Origin: a bacterium
GTDB lineage: Bacteria > Elusimicrobiota > Elusimicrobia > Elusimicrobiales > UBA9959
Reading direction: 5' to 3'
Length of the DNA: 64,000 nucleotides
Assembly (NCBI GenBank): GCA_021789695.1
Contig: JAJYJH010000012.1
Location: 4,991 to 68,990 of the forward strand
The notes below the pieces were generated by a model. The model searched no databases, was not told the origin of the DNA, and saw only the letters and a program-made list of their open reading frames with translations. The position numbers and the translations under genes were made by a program. Below, piece by piece: positions 9,258 through 18,949 of the stretch (positions are counted from its first letter, which is position 1; each line of letters starts with the position of its first letter).

Positions 9258-10355
9258 ATGGCCCGGACCCTGCGCCCGACTCGCGCCGAGATACGGCTCT
9301 CAGCTGTAAGGAACAACCTTAACAAGCTCGGGAAGGCAGCCGCGCCTGCGCGGCTGTTGTTCGTCGTCAAGGCCAACGCTTACGGCCACGGCGCCGTAGA
9401 ACTGGCGCGTCTGGCCGAGAGCGAGAGGCTGGCCTGGGGCTTCGGCGTATCCTGCGTGGAGGAGGGGTTGGCGCTGCGGGAGGCCGGCATAAAGAGCCCG
9501 GTGCTGGTGCTCGGCAGCCTTTACCCCTTCGAAAGCTTCGTCGAGGCCATCAACGCCGGCATGATAGTGACGATAGCCAGCCTCGACGCCGCGCGCCAGG
9601 TGATAGAGGCTTCGCGCCGTCTCGGCAAAAAGGCAGAGTGCCATATAAAGCTGGAGACCGGCATGGGGCGCATAGGCGCCCGCAAGCCTGCCGTGTTGAG
9701 AATCTACGAAGAACTTTCCGCCTCCGGCGCGGTCTTGGCCTCCGGGCTGTACACCCACTTCTCCAGCGCGGACACTGACCCGGAGTATACGCGCCGCCAG
9801 CTGGCCATCTTCCGCGAGACCGCGGCGGAGCTGAGACAGCGTGGCGCCGGCCTTCTGCTGCACGCCGCCAATTCCTGCGCGACGATGAACTACCAGGATG
9901 CCCGCCTGGACCTGGTGCGCTGCGGTATAGCGGCCTACGGCCTGGCGGATGGCTTCGAGCCGGCGATGGAACTCAAGACCCGCGTCGTGTTCGTCAAAAA
10001 CGTGCGCGAGGGGGCCTTCATCAGTTATAACAAGACCTTCAGGGTGGACCGGCCGATGACCGTGGCCACGTTGCCGGCCGGATACGGGGACGGTTATATG
10101 CGGCGCTTCTCCGGCAGGGCAGACGTGCTGATAGGCGGCCGGCGCTGCCGCGTGCTCGGCAACGTGACGATGGACATGACGATGGTCGACGTGACCGCCG
10201 TCAGGGACGCCGCCGTCGGCTCCGAGGCCGTGCTGCTGGGCAGGCAGGGCGGAGAGGAGATAACCGCGACCGAGCTGGCCGATATCGCCGGGACTATAAC
10301 CTACGAGATAGTCACCCTTGTTACCGCGCGCGTGCCGCGCGTCTACACGCCATGA
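9258..10355 (+). CDS. alr: Alanine racemase
   Basis: PLP-lysine motif 'VVKANAYGHG', 'ETGMGRIG', 'YTHF', 'GYGDGY', 'MDM'. Confidence 0.97.
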   Translation: MARTLRPTRAEIRLSAVRNNLNKLGKAAAPARLLFVVKANAYGHGAVELARLAESERLAWGFGVSCVEEGLALREAGIKSPVLVLGSLYPFESFVEAINAGMIVTIASLDAARQVIEASRRLGKKAECHIKLETGMGRIGARKPAVLRIYEELSASGAVLASGLYTHFSSADTDPEYTRRQLAIFRETAAELRQRGAGLLLHAANSCATMNYQDARLDLVRCGIAAYGLADGFEPAMELKTRVVFVKNVREGAFISYNKTFRVDRPMTVATLPAGYGDGYMRRFSGRADVLIGGRRCRVLGNVTMDMTMVDVTAVRDAAVGSEAVLLGRQGGEEITATELADIAGTITYEIVTLVTARVPRVYTP

Positions 10356-11140
10356 AAAGCCTTGGTCTGGAAACCCTGGGACGCAGGTTCATGGACCTGG
10401 CCGAAATGCTGGGGGCGGCGGCGCTGATGCTGAAGTCCGTGGTTTTCTGGCTGTTCCGGTCCGGGCTGGAGACCGGGGAGGTCGTCAAACAGGCGGTCAA
10501 GATAGGCGTGGACTCCATCACGGTGACCGCGCTGACCAGCTTCTTCACCGGTATGGTGTTGGCCCTGCAGATGGGTCACTCGATGAAGAACCTCTTTAAC
10601 GAGCCGATGTACGTCGGGACAATGGTCGCGTTCTCGATGCTGAAGGAACTGGGGCCGGTGCTGACGTCCATAGTGGTGGCGGGCCGGGCCGGGGCGGTCG
10701 TCACCGCAGAAATCGGCACGATGAAGGTGACCGAACAGATCGACGCGCTCTACACGCTGGGCACCAATCCCACGCGCTACCTGCTGGTGCCGCGCTACAT
10801 CGCCTTCATGGTGATGCTGCCGTTGCTCACCGTCTTCGCCGACTTCATCGGCGTACTGGGCGGTTGCCTGGTGGCGGTGATGAAACTGGGGGTGCCGGTG
10901 ACGGTGTATAAATCCGACATCCTGACCTACCTTACCATCTCCGATTTTATGCACGGCGTCCTGAAGACCTATTTCTTCGCCTTCATGATCGCCACGGTCT
11001 CCTGCTACAAGGGCATGGCGACCAAGGGGGGGGCCGAAGGCGTGGGTAAGTCCACCACGGAGGCCGTGGTGATAAGCATGGTGCTGGTGATGGTGCTGGA
11101 TTATTTCATCAGCGCCGCGCTCGTGGCGGTGGGGATATGA
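10352..11140 (+). CDS. mlaE: MlaE family ABC transporter permease
   Basis: 'KELGPVLTSIVVAGRAG...AEIGTMKVTEQIDAL', 'GGAEGVGKSTT'. Confidence 0.93.
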   Translation: MKSLGLETLGRRFMDLAEMLGAAALMLKSVVFWLFRSGLETGEVVKQAVKIGVDSITVTALTSFFTGMVLALQMGHSMKNLFNEPMYVGTMVAFSMLKELGPVLTSIVVAGRAGAVVTAEIGTMKVTEQIDALYTLGTNPTRYLLVPRYIAFMVMLPLLTVFADFIGVLGGCLVAVMKLGVPVTVYKSDILTYLTISDFMHGVLKTYFFAFMIATVSCYKGMATKGGAEGVGKSTTEAVVISMVLVMVLDYFISAALVAVGI

Positions 11141-11143
11141 GGC

Positions 11144-11277
11144 GGCAACGAGATGGAATCGGCTTCGTCGGACACGGGGTCTCGCACACCGCGCTCGCCC
11201 CTCGTTCCTCCCTCGCCGCGCTACGCAAGCGGCTTCAGTCCGGGACGGTCCTCCAAAACCGCTCACATCTCGTTGTC
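11144..11277. repeat. Inverted-repeat-bounded intergenic element (MITE/REP-like)
   Basis: GGCAACGAGATG (11144-11155) and CATCTCGTTGTC (11266-11277) are 11/12 inverted repeats and fill the mlaE-mlaF spacer. Confidence 0.55.
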
Positions 11278-11291
11278 TGGGTGTCGGAAGC

Positions 11292-12047
11292 ATGATTGAG
11301 ATAAGTAAACTGAACATGGCGTTCGGGGAGAAGATCGTCCTCAAGGACATCTCCGTGGGTATAAAGGAGGGGGAGCTCTTCAGCGTTATTGGCCCGTCCG
11401 GCATCGGCAAGAGCACGTTCATTAAGTGCGTCATCCGCCTGCTGACCCCGGACAGCGGCAGCATCGTAGTGGACGGCCAGGACATCGCCTCCACGAAGAG
11501 CGAGTTTACCCTGGCCCGCGTGCGCCGCAGCTTCGGCTACCTGTTCCAGGAGGGCGCGCTGTTCGACTCGCTCTCCGTTTTAGAGAACGTCTCCTTCGGC
11601 CTCAGGTACCTTACCGACATCCCGAGGAGCGAGTATCCGCGCATAGTGAAGGAGAAACTGGCCCTCGTCGGTCTCAAGGGCGTGGAACAGCTGAAGCCAG
11701 CCGAGCTGTCCGTAGGAATGAAGAAGCGCGTGTCGCTCGCGCGCTCGATAGCAGCCGAGCCGAAGTACATTCTTTACGACGAGCCCACCACGGGCCTCGA
11801 CCCAGTGACCACCGGCATGGTCAAAGACCTGATAACCGACATGCGCGCCAAGCTGGGAGTGACCTCGATTGTGGTCACGCACGACATGAAGCTCGCGCTG
11901 GACATCTCCAGCCGCGTGGCCATGCTCTACGGAGGCGCGTTCGTGGAGGTCTCGGAGCCGGCCGCGTTCCGTAATTCCGAGAACAAGGCCGTGCGCGAGT
12001 TCATGGAGATCTCGCACCTCTCGCGTGACGGACGCCGGCATATCTGA
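11292..12047 (+). CDS. mlaF: MlaF family ABC transporter ATP-binding protein
   Basis: Walker A 'GPSGIGKS', 'LFQEGALFDSL', signature 'LSVGMKKR', 'YDEPTTGLDP', 'VTHD'. Confidence 0.93.
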   Translation: MIEISKLNMAFGEKIVLKDISVGIKEGELFSVIGPSGIGKSTFIKCVIRLLTPDSGSIVVDGQDIASTKSEFTLARVRRSFGYLFQEGALFDSLSVLENVSFGLRYLTDIPRSEYPRIVKEKLALVGLKGVEQLKPAELSVGMKKRVSLARSIAAEPKYILYDEPTTGLDPVTTGMVKDLITDMRAKLGVTSIVVTHDMKLALDISSRVAMLYGGAFVEVSEPAAFRNSENKAVREFMEISHLSRDGRRHI

Positions 12048-12149
12048 GCCGGTCCTTCCGGGCGCCTTTTTCGCCAAACCGGCCTTCATCTTTTATATAA
12101 TTGATATCGAATATAGATATCAACAGGTGCGGCCGCGAAAAAGGATTTC

Positions 12150-13442
12150 ATGAGCAGTGAGATGAAGGTCGGGGTGTTCGTGATGATCGGCGCCATACTC
12201 ATCGGTGTGGCGTTGTTCCTGCTCGGAGACTATTCGTTCAAGAGCTATTACCCGGTCAAAGCGGAGTTTTCGGACGTGTCGGGCCTGCCGGACAAGGCGG
12301 CCGTCAAGCTCTCCGGAGTCGAAGTCGGCAAGATACACCGGATTTATCTCAAGCGCGACAAGGTGATAGTCCAGATGGACATCCAGACCGGCGTCAAGAT
12401 TTACCGCGACGCCAAGTTTTCCGTCGGTTCCACCAGCGTGATCGGTTCCAAGTTCCTGGAAATAGACCAAGGCAATCCCGCCCTCGGCCTTATAACGGCC
12501 GGGGATACCGTGCAGGGCGAAGAGCCGGTCTCCCTGGAGAAGGCCGTGACCAAGGCCCTTGACAGCATCCAGGGTCTGGCCAGCGATATGCGCGCCAACG
12601 GCAGGACTGCCGACAGCCTGCAGCAGATCCTGGACAATCTGCGCGGAATAACGGCCAACCTCAACGAGATTATATCTAACGGCCAGCCTCACGCAGAGAA
12701 CCTGATGGCCAAGCTGGACTCCGTCAGCACCAAGATGGACGACATAGCCTCCAAACTCGACAGCGGCCAGGGCGTGGCCGGCGCGCTGCTGACCGACTCC
12801 AAGATGAAGGACGACGTGCACGCGGCCGTTTCCAACCTTAAGGATGCCAGCGCCTCGGTCAAGGACGTGCTCGGCAGGATCAACGGCTTCCGTACTTACT
12901 GGGACTGGAACTATAACTACGAGCCTCTTTCCGGCGCGTCCAAGAACAACTTCGGCCTGCGCATCTACCCGCGCAAGAATCGCTACTACTATCTCGGGGC
13001 AGACAATATCATAAACACCAACAATAAAATAGGCGGGACGGACTACGAGGTCAATAACAGCGTGGACGCGCTGCTCGGCTGGGACGTCGGGGCTTTCAAC
13101 CTCTACGCCGGCATCCTGCGGGGCAGCGGGGGCGGCGGCCTGCGCTGGCGCCCGTTCTACAACTCCTCCTGGGACAGGATAGAACTGCTGGCGGAGGGCT
13201 CTGATTTCAGCAGGAACCGGTATATAAAGGGCCGTCATTTCGGCAGCCCGCGCTTCGACGCCGGCGCCTATTACTGGATCAACAAGTACGCCTCGGTCGG
13301 GATGCGTCTCAACGATGTTACCGAGACCAAGATGGTAGACTATACCGCCCGCGTGGCCTTCGAGGACAAGGACATCTCCTACCTGTTCGGGTTGATCAGT
13401 TTCGGGTCGGCCGGCGCCAGGGGAAGGAGTTCCTCCAACTAG
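12150..13442 (+). CDS. mlaD: MlaD/MCE domain protein with coiled coil and C-terminal beta-rich domain
   Basis: N-terminal TM 'KVGVFV', MCE 'GLPDKAAVKLSGVEVGKI', 'VIGSKFLEI', helical linker, aromatic-rich beta C-terminus. Confidence 0.85.
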   Translation: MSSEMKVGVFVMIGAILIGVALFLLGDYSFKSYYPVKAEFSDVSGLPDKAAVKLSGVEVGKIHRIYLKRDKVIVQMDIQTGVKIYRDAKFSVGSTSVIGSKFLEIDQGNPALGLITAGDTVQGEEPVSLEKAVTKALDSIQGLASDMRANGRTADSLQQILDNLRGITANLNEIISNGQPHAENLMAKLDSVSTKMDDIASKLDSGQGVAGALLTDSKMKDDVHAAVSNLKDASASVKDVLGRINGFRTYWDWNYNYEPLSGASKNNFGLRIYPRKNRYYYLGADNIINTNNKIGGTDYEVNNSVDALLGWDVGAFNLYAGILRGSGGGGLRWRPFYNSSWDRIELLAEGSDFSRNRYIKGRHFGSPRFDAGAYYWINKYASVGMRLNDVTETKMVDYTARVAFEDKDISYLFGLISFGSAGARGRSSSN

Positions 13443-13443
13443 C

Positions 13444-14862
13444 ATGAAGCTCAGGACCGTCTATCGCTGTCAGGAGTGCGGCCAGGCCTATCCCAAGTGG
13501 GCCGGCAAGTGCGCGTCCTGCGGCGGCTGGAACACGCTGGTAGAAGAGGCCGAGGAGGTCATGGCCAAGGCCGCCGCCAGGAGCCGCGGCCTTACGGATT
13601 TCTCCGAGCCGCCGGTGAAGCTCTCCGAAGCCAGGGCCATGAAGGCCGAGCACGCCACTACCGGCATAAACGAGCTGGACCGCGCGCTGGGCGGGGGCTT
13701 GGTGAAAGGCCAGGTGGTGCTGCTCGCCGGCCCGCCCGGCATCGGCAAGAGCACGCTGACGCTGGAGAGCTGTGCCGCGCTGGCCGCCGGGGCCTACCGG
13801 GCCGGCAAGGTGCTCTACGTTTCCGGAGAAGAATCCCTCGCGCAGGTGGGCTCGCGCGCCGAGCGCCTCGGCGCCAGGCCCGACAACGTATACCTGATGG
13901 CCGAAACCAACCTAGCGCGCATCGTAGAGGAGTTCAGGAAGATAAAACCGGCCTTCCTCGTAATAGATTCTATCCAGACCGTCTACCATCCAGAGTTCGT
14001 CGGCTCTCCGGGTTCCGTCGGGCAGATCCGCGAGTGCGCCTCCGAGCTGCTCAAGGTCTCCAAGGCCGCGGGTGCCCCGCTGTTCCTGCTGGGCCACGTC
14101 ACCAAGGAAGGGTCGCTTGCCGGCCCAAAGGTGCTCGAGCACATCGTCGACACTGTCCTCTATTTCGACGCGGAGAAGAACAACGCCTTCCGCGTGCTGC
14201 GCCCGCACAAGAACCGCTTCGGCCCCGTGGACGAGACCGGCATCTTCGAGATGACCTCTAAGGGCCTGCGCTCGGTGGACGACGCCGGGCTGCTGCTGGC
14301 CGAGAGCGACCGTGACCGCGCGCTGGCCGGGCGCGCCTTCGCCGTGGCCTTTGAGGGCGCCCGGCCCGTGCTGGCCGAGATCCAGGCGCTGGCCGCGCGT
14401 TCCTACCTGCCGTACCCGCGGCGCACCGTGACGGGGCTCGACCTCAACCGCGCGCAGATGCTGATCGCAGCGCTCGAGAAGAACGTCGGGCTGCGCTTCG
14501 ATGAAATGGACGTTTTCGCCTCGCTCGCGGGAGGCATCAAACTCAAGGACCCGGCGCTTGACCTGGCCTTCTGCGCCGCGCTTATCAGTTCCGCCAAGGA
14601 CATCCCGCTGCCGCCCGACTGCGTCTTCATGGGCGAGGTCGGCATCCTGGCGCAGGCGTCGAGCCCGGGGTTCCTGGACCGGCGCCTGGCCGAGGCCGAA
14701 AGGCTCGGCTTCAAGACGGCTTTCATCCCGAGGCCGCCGAAGAAGGACGAGGGGCGCTTCAAGGGCCTCCGCCTCGAGGTGGTGCGGGATATGGGGGCGC
14801 TGTATGCCGCGCTTTTAAAATTTATCCCCGCGAAGGCGGAAAAAGCGGAACTAAGGAGCTAA
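13444..14862 (+). CDS. radA: DNA repair protein RadA/Sms
   Basis: Zn finger 'CQECG...KWAGKCASCGGWNT', Walker A 'GPPGIGKST', 'KNRFG'. Confidence 0.97.
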   Translation: MKLRTVYRCQECGQAYPKWAGKCASCGGWNTLVEEAEEVMAKAAARSRGLTDFSEPPVKLSEARAMKAEHATTGINELDRALGGGLVKGQVVLLAGPPGIGKSTLTLESCAALAAGAYRAGKVLYVSGEESLAQVGSRAERLGARPDNVYLMAETNLARIVEEFRKIKPAFLVIDSIQTVYHPEFVGSPGSVGQIRECASELLKVSKAAGAPLFLLGHVTKEGSLAGPKVLEHIVDTVLYFDAEKNNAFRVLRPHKNRFGPVDETGIFEMTSKGLRSVDDAGLLLAESDRDRALAGRAFAVAFEGARPVLAEIQALAARSYLPYPRRTVTGLDLNRAQMLIAALEKNVGLRFDEMDVFASLAGGIKLKDPALDLAFCAALISSAKDIPLPPDCVFMGEVGILAQASSPGFLDRRLAEAERLGFKTAFIPRPPKKDEGRFKGLRLEVVRDMGALYAALLKFIPAKAEKAELRS

Positions 14863-14865
14863 AAC

Positions 14866-15873
14866 ATGATACTATGGATCTTCAGGGCGGTGGCCCTGCT
14901 GGGCACCCCGGTTCTCACCTGGCTCACGGTCTCCAAGGACCTCAAAGGCCTGGCGTTCGGCGTGCTGATAGGCCTGATCATAATCGGCATAGAGTACGTC
15001 TTCGAGACGGTCAGCCTGTTCTCTCTGATCATCGGCATCATCGGCGCGGTGGTCGGCATCATCATCGCCAAGCTGCTGGACTATACCGTGTTCCAAATCG
15101 GCAACGACCAGTTCAGCGACATCTGGTTGCGCTACAATATTATAGTGCGCTACGCGCTGGCGCTGCTGGGTATGGTGATAAGCATCAAGAAGATCCCGGA
15201 GCTCGACGACCTGGATAAAAACATCCTGTCCGCAGGGCGCAAGGGCGGCAAAAACATGAAGGTGCTGGACCTCTCGGCCATCGTGGACGGGCGCGTGCTG
15301 GACATCTGCGACACGCATTTTATCACCGGCGGCATCATCACGCCCCGCTTCGTCGTGCAGGAACTGCACACGCTGGCCGGGAGTGAGGATCATATAGACC
15401 GCGCCAAGGGCCGCCGCGGTTTGGACATCCTCGCGCGCCTGCAGGAATCCCGCGATATACCTTTCCGCGTGATAGACCGCGATCTCCGCGACGCGGCCGA
15501 CGATCAGATGAAGCTGGTCACGATAGCCAAGGAACTTGGCGCCTCCATCATCACTACCGACTTCAACATCAACAAGCTGGCCGCGCTCGAGAACGTGACC
15601 GTGCTCAATATCAACGACCTGACTATCGCGCTGAAGCCGGTGGTCCTGCCCGGAGAGGACATGAGCGTCTTCGTCATGAAGGAGGGCAAGGAGAAGGAGC
15701 AGGGCGTCGGCTACCTCGACGACGGCACGATGATCGTCATCGAGGACGGCCGCGAGTACATCGGCAAGAAGGTGGACGCCGTAGTGCAGTCCATTCTGCA
15801 GACTTCCCAGGGCCGTATCATCTTCACCAAGGTCAAGGGTAAGGCGGTTCAGCAGGGGCCAAAGCAGCCGTAG
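14866..15873 (+). CDS. PIN/TRAM domain membrane protein (YacL-like)
   Basis: N-terminal TMs, PIN 'KVLDLSAIVDGR', 'KGRRGLDIL', TRAM 'QGVGYLDDGTMIVIE'. radA-yacL-ispDF-cysS synteny. Confidence 0.92.
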   Translation: MILWIFRAVALLGTPVLTWLTVSKDLKGLAFGVLIGLIIIGIEYVFETVSLFSLIIGIIGAVVGIIIAKLLDYTVFQIGNDQFSDIWLRYNIIVRYALALLGMVISIKKIPELDDLDKNILSAGRKGGKNMKVLDLSAIVDGRVLDICDTHFITGGIITPRFVVQELHTLAGSEDHIDRAKGRRGLDILARLQESRDIPFRVIDRDLRDAADDQMKLVTIAKELGASIITTDFNINKLAALENVTVLNINDLTIALKPVVLPGEDMSVFVMKEGKEKEQGVGYLDDGTMIVIEDGREYIGKKVDAVVQSILQTSQGRIIFTKVKGKAVQQGPKQP

Positions 15874-15907
15874 GGGGCCGCGGGAGAGAAAAGGGCCTTC
15901 TCCGCTT

Positions 15908-17086
15908 ATGCCCCAGGGAAACGCTAACAACGAGGCTATAATCCTGGCCGGCGGCTCCGGCGTTCGCATGGGCCGGGAGAAGCAGTATCTGCCGCTTGCC
16001 GGCCGGCCGATGATAGAGCGGACCGTGGAGGCCTTCGTTTCCAGCGGGCTGTTCTCCGGCGTAATACTGGCGCTGGCCCCTGAGAACCTTAAAAAGCACG
16101 GACCCGCCTGGCAAAGGGCCGGGGTCCGGACGGCCCCCGCGGGGGCCACGCGCATGGAGTCCCTGCGCAGCGCCTTTCGGCTGGTGAGCCCGGGGGCCGG
16201 CCTGGTCGCCGTGCACGACGGCGCGAGGCCGCTGGTCAGTCCCGCCCTGATCGAAACCTGTCTGCTGGCGGCGGCCCGCGCGGGCGCGGCGGTGCCGGCG
16301 GTGCCGCTGAAGGACACGGTCAAGGCCGTTTCTGCCGACGGCAAGTTCTTCGAGAACACGCCGCCGCGCGCCTCGCTGATGGCGGTGCAGACGCCGCAGT
16401 GCTACAGACGCGGGGTGCTGGCGGACCTGCTGGCCGCGGCGGCGGAGAAGGATTACAGCGACGAATCGCAGGTGCTGGAACAGTTGGGGATCAAGGCGGC
16501 GGTGGTGCCCTCGGACTACCGCAACATCAAGGTGACCACTCCCGAGGATATCCTGATAGCGGAGGCGTTCATGAAAGAGACAAAGGCCGTGACTTCCCGC
16601 TCCCGCGCGCCGCTGGCGCGCGCCGGCTTCGGCTACGACATACACCGCCTGGTGGAGGGCCGCCCGCTGGTGCTGGGTGGCGTGAAGATAGACCATCCGA
16701 AGGGCCTGTTGGGACATTCCGACGGGGACGTGGTGCTGCACGCCATCTGCGACGCGCTGCTCGGCGCGATCTCTGCCGGAGAGATAGGCGTCTATTTTCC
16801 GCCGACGGACTTGACCATCATGGGTATCTCCAGTTCCGCCATCGCCGAGAAGACGCTGGAGGTGCTGGCCTCCCGCAAGGCCCGTATCATCAACGTGGAC
16901 GCCACGATCGTCGCCGAGGAACCCAAGCTCAAGCCCCATTACGAGGCCATCCGCGACTCGGTGGCGCGCATCCTGAGACTGGAGAAGGACGAGGTCAGCG
17001 TCAAAGCCAAGAGCCGCGAAGGTCTGGGCGATGTCGGCCACGGCGAGGCCATCATGTGCTTCGCCACCGCGAGCGTCCTGAAATGA
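15908..17086 (+). CDS. ispDF: Bifunctional MEP cytidylyltransferase / MECDP synthase
   Basis: IspD 'ILAGGSGVRMG', 'VHDGARP', 'QTPQ', 'NIKVTTPED'. IspF 'GFGYDIHRL', 'GHSDGDVVLHAICDALLGA'. Confidence 0.96.
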   Translation: MPQGNANNEAIILAGGSGVRMGREKQYLPLAGRPMIERTVEAFVSSGLFSGVILALAPENLKKHGPAWQRAGVRTAPAGATRMESLRSAFRLVSPGAGLVAVHDGARPLVSPALIETCLLAAARAGAAVPAVPLKDTVKAVSADGKFFENTPPRASLMAVQTPQCYRRGVLADLLAAAAEKDYSDESQVLEQLGIKAAVVPSDYRNIKVTTPEDILIAEAFMKETKAVTSRSRAPLARAGFGYDIHRLVEGRPLVLGGVKIDHPKGLLGHSDGDVVLHAICDALLGAISAGEIGVYFPPTDLTIMGISSSAIAEKTLEVLASRKARIINVDATIVAEEPKLKPHYEAIRDSVARILRLEKDEVSVKAKSREGLGDVGHGEAIMCFATASVLK

Positions 17087-17523
17087 CCGGCAGAGGCGCC
17101 GCGGCGAGGCCTCCTGCTGGGCTGCTGGCGCTGCTGCTGCCGCTCTTCGTCGCGTGCGCCGTCCCCCCGGACAGGCCTTCCCCCGTGCCGGCCGCCACCC
17201 CTCGCGGCCCGGCTTCGGCCGACGTGATGGAGAAACGCGTGTTCCGGCTTTCAAAGACTCCGGACCCGGACCTGGAGATGGCGCTGGAAGGGATACTCTC
17301 GGCCAGCCACGACGACGCGATGGCCGGGTTCCCCGCCAGCGCCAGGGACATCGGTTTCACGTATTCCCTGGCCCCGCGCGGCGCGATCTACCCGTTCTCC
17401 GAGATAGAGGTCTCCTGCATAGTGCAGCGCAGGTACGCGGACCGGCGCGGGCCGGAGCTCTGTGCGGCTTTCTTCGGCGCTCTGGACTCCCGGCTCGGGA
17501 AGGCGCTGGCCGGCAAGCATTGA
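17083..17523 (+). CDS. Hypothetical lipoprotein
   Basis: ATGA overlap with ispDF. Hydrophobic signal ending in lipobox-like 'LFVAC'. Confidence 0.65.
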   Translation: MTGRGAAARPPAGLLALLLPLFVACAVPPDRPSPVPAATPRGPASADVMEKRVFRLSKTPDPDLEMALEGILSASHDDAMAGFPASARDIGFTYSLAPRGAIYPFSEIEVSCIVQRRYADRRGPELCAAFFGALDSRLGKALAGKH

Positions 17524-17533
17524 CGAGGACGCC

Positions 17534-18949
17534 ATGGACTTCAGACTTTACAACACGATGACCAGGCAGAAGGAACTCTTCAGGCCCCTGAAGGAAGGAG
17601 AGGCCGGTATCTACACCTGCGGTCCGACGGTCTATCACTACGCGCACATCGGCAACATGCGCAGCTACATAGCCGAGGACGGCCTAGTGCGCGCACTGCG
17701 CTTCCTGGGCTTCAAGGTAAAGCGCGTGATGAATATCACCGACGTCGGCCACCTGGTCTCTGACGCCGACACCGGGGAGGATAAGATGGAGCAGGGCGCC
17801 CGCCGCGAGGGCAAGAGCGCCTGGGATATAGCGAAGTTCTACACCGAGGCCTTCTTCGGCGACTACTATGCCCTCGGCTGCGCCAGACCCGAAGTGATTT
17901 GTCCCGCCACCGGTTATATCAAAGAGATGATAGACCTGGGCGCCGCGCTGGAGAAGAAAGGCTTCACATACCCGATAGCGGGCGACGGCGTCTATTTTGA
18001 CACGTCGAAGCTGCCGGACTACGGCAAGCTGGCGGGTAAGGCCCATATAGATGGCATAAGGGAAGGCGCGCGCGTCGAAGCGGTGGCGGGCAAACGCCAC
18101 CCGGCCGATTTCGCCATCTGGAAGTTAGCCTCGCCCGGAGAGAAGCGCCAGATGGAGTGGGATTCTCCGTGGGGCCGCGGCTTCCCCGGCTGGCACATGG
18201 AGTGCTCGGCCATGGCCATGAAGCACCTGGGCGAGACCATAGACATACACTGCGGCGGCGAGGATCACGTGGCCGTCCACCACACCAACGAGATAGCCCA
18301 GTCCGAGGGCGCCACCGGCAAGACCTTTTCCAATTACTGGGTACACGTGCGTTTTCTGGTCACCGGCGACGCCGGCAAGATGTCCAAGAGTTCCGGCGAG
18401 TTCCTGACGCTGGCCTCCGTGACTAAGCGCGGCTACGACCCGCTGGCCTACCGCTACTACTGCCTGCTGACGCATTACCGCAAGCAGCTGGAGTTCAGTT
18501 GGGAGGGCGTGGAGGCGGCCGCCCGCGGCCTGGCCGGCCTGCGGGCTCTCGCGCGCAAGGTGCAGGCGGAGGCGACCGGACCTGTGCCTCCGGTCGAGCG
18601 AGAGGAGAAGTATTTCAAGGACTTCTCCGAGGCGCTGGCCGACGACGTCAATATGCCCGCCGCGCTCGCCGTGCTGTGGGAGACGCTCAGGGACGGCTCC
18701 ATCCCGGCCGCGCGCCGGTTTGCCTTCGCTAAGGCGGCCGAGGAGGTCGCCGCGCTGGACCTGTTCAGGTCGCGGGAAGAGGCGGCTGCCCTGCCCGCCG
18801 GACTGGAGGCGCTGATAAAGGAGCGCGAGGCCGCCCGCAAAGCCAGGGATTTCACCAAGTCCGACGAGCTGCGCAAGACGCTCGCGGAAAAAGGCGTGCT
18901 CATAGAGGATACACCACAAGGGACCAAATGGAAACTCATCCGCGGCTGA
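17534..18949 (+). CDS. cysS: Cysteine--tRNA ligase
   Basis: 'YTCGPTVY', HIGH 'HIGN', 'GFPGWHMECSAM', 'DIHCGG', 'KMSKS'. Confidence 0.98.
   Translation: MDFRLYNTMTRQKELFRPLKEGEAGIYTCGPTVYHYAHIGNMRSYIAEDGLVRALRFLGFKVKRVMNITDVGHLVSDADTGEDKMEQGARREGKSAWDIAKFYTEAFFGDYYALGCARPEVICPATGYIKEMIDLGAALEKKGFTYPIAGDGVYFDTSKLPDYGKLAGKAHIDGIREGARVEAVAGKRHPADFAIWKLASPGEKRQMEWDSPWGRGFPGWHMECSAMAMKHLGETIDIHCGGEDHVAVHHTNEIAQSEGATGKTFSNYWVHVRFLVTGDAGKMSKSSGEFLTLASVTKRGYDPLAYRYYCLLTHYRKQLEFSWEGVEAAARGLAGLRALARKVQAEATGPVPPVEREEKYFKDFSEALADDVNMPAALAVLWETLRDGSIPAARRFAFAKAAEEVAALDLFRSREEAAALPAGLEALIKEREAARKARDFTKSDELRKTLAEKGVLIEDTPQGTKWKLIRG

Noticed and set aside
13444-18949. radA-PIN/TRAM-ispDF-cysS as a toxin or defence locus
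   Set aside because: Well-known conserved housekeeping synteny.
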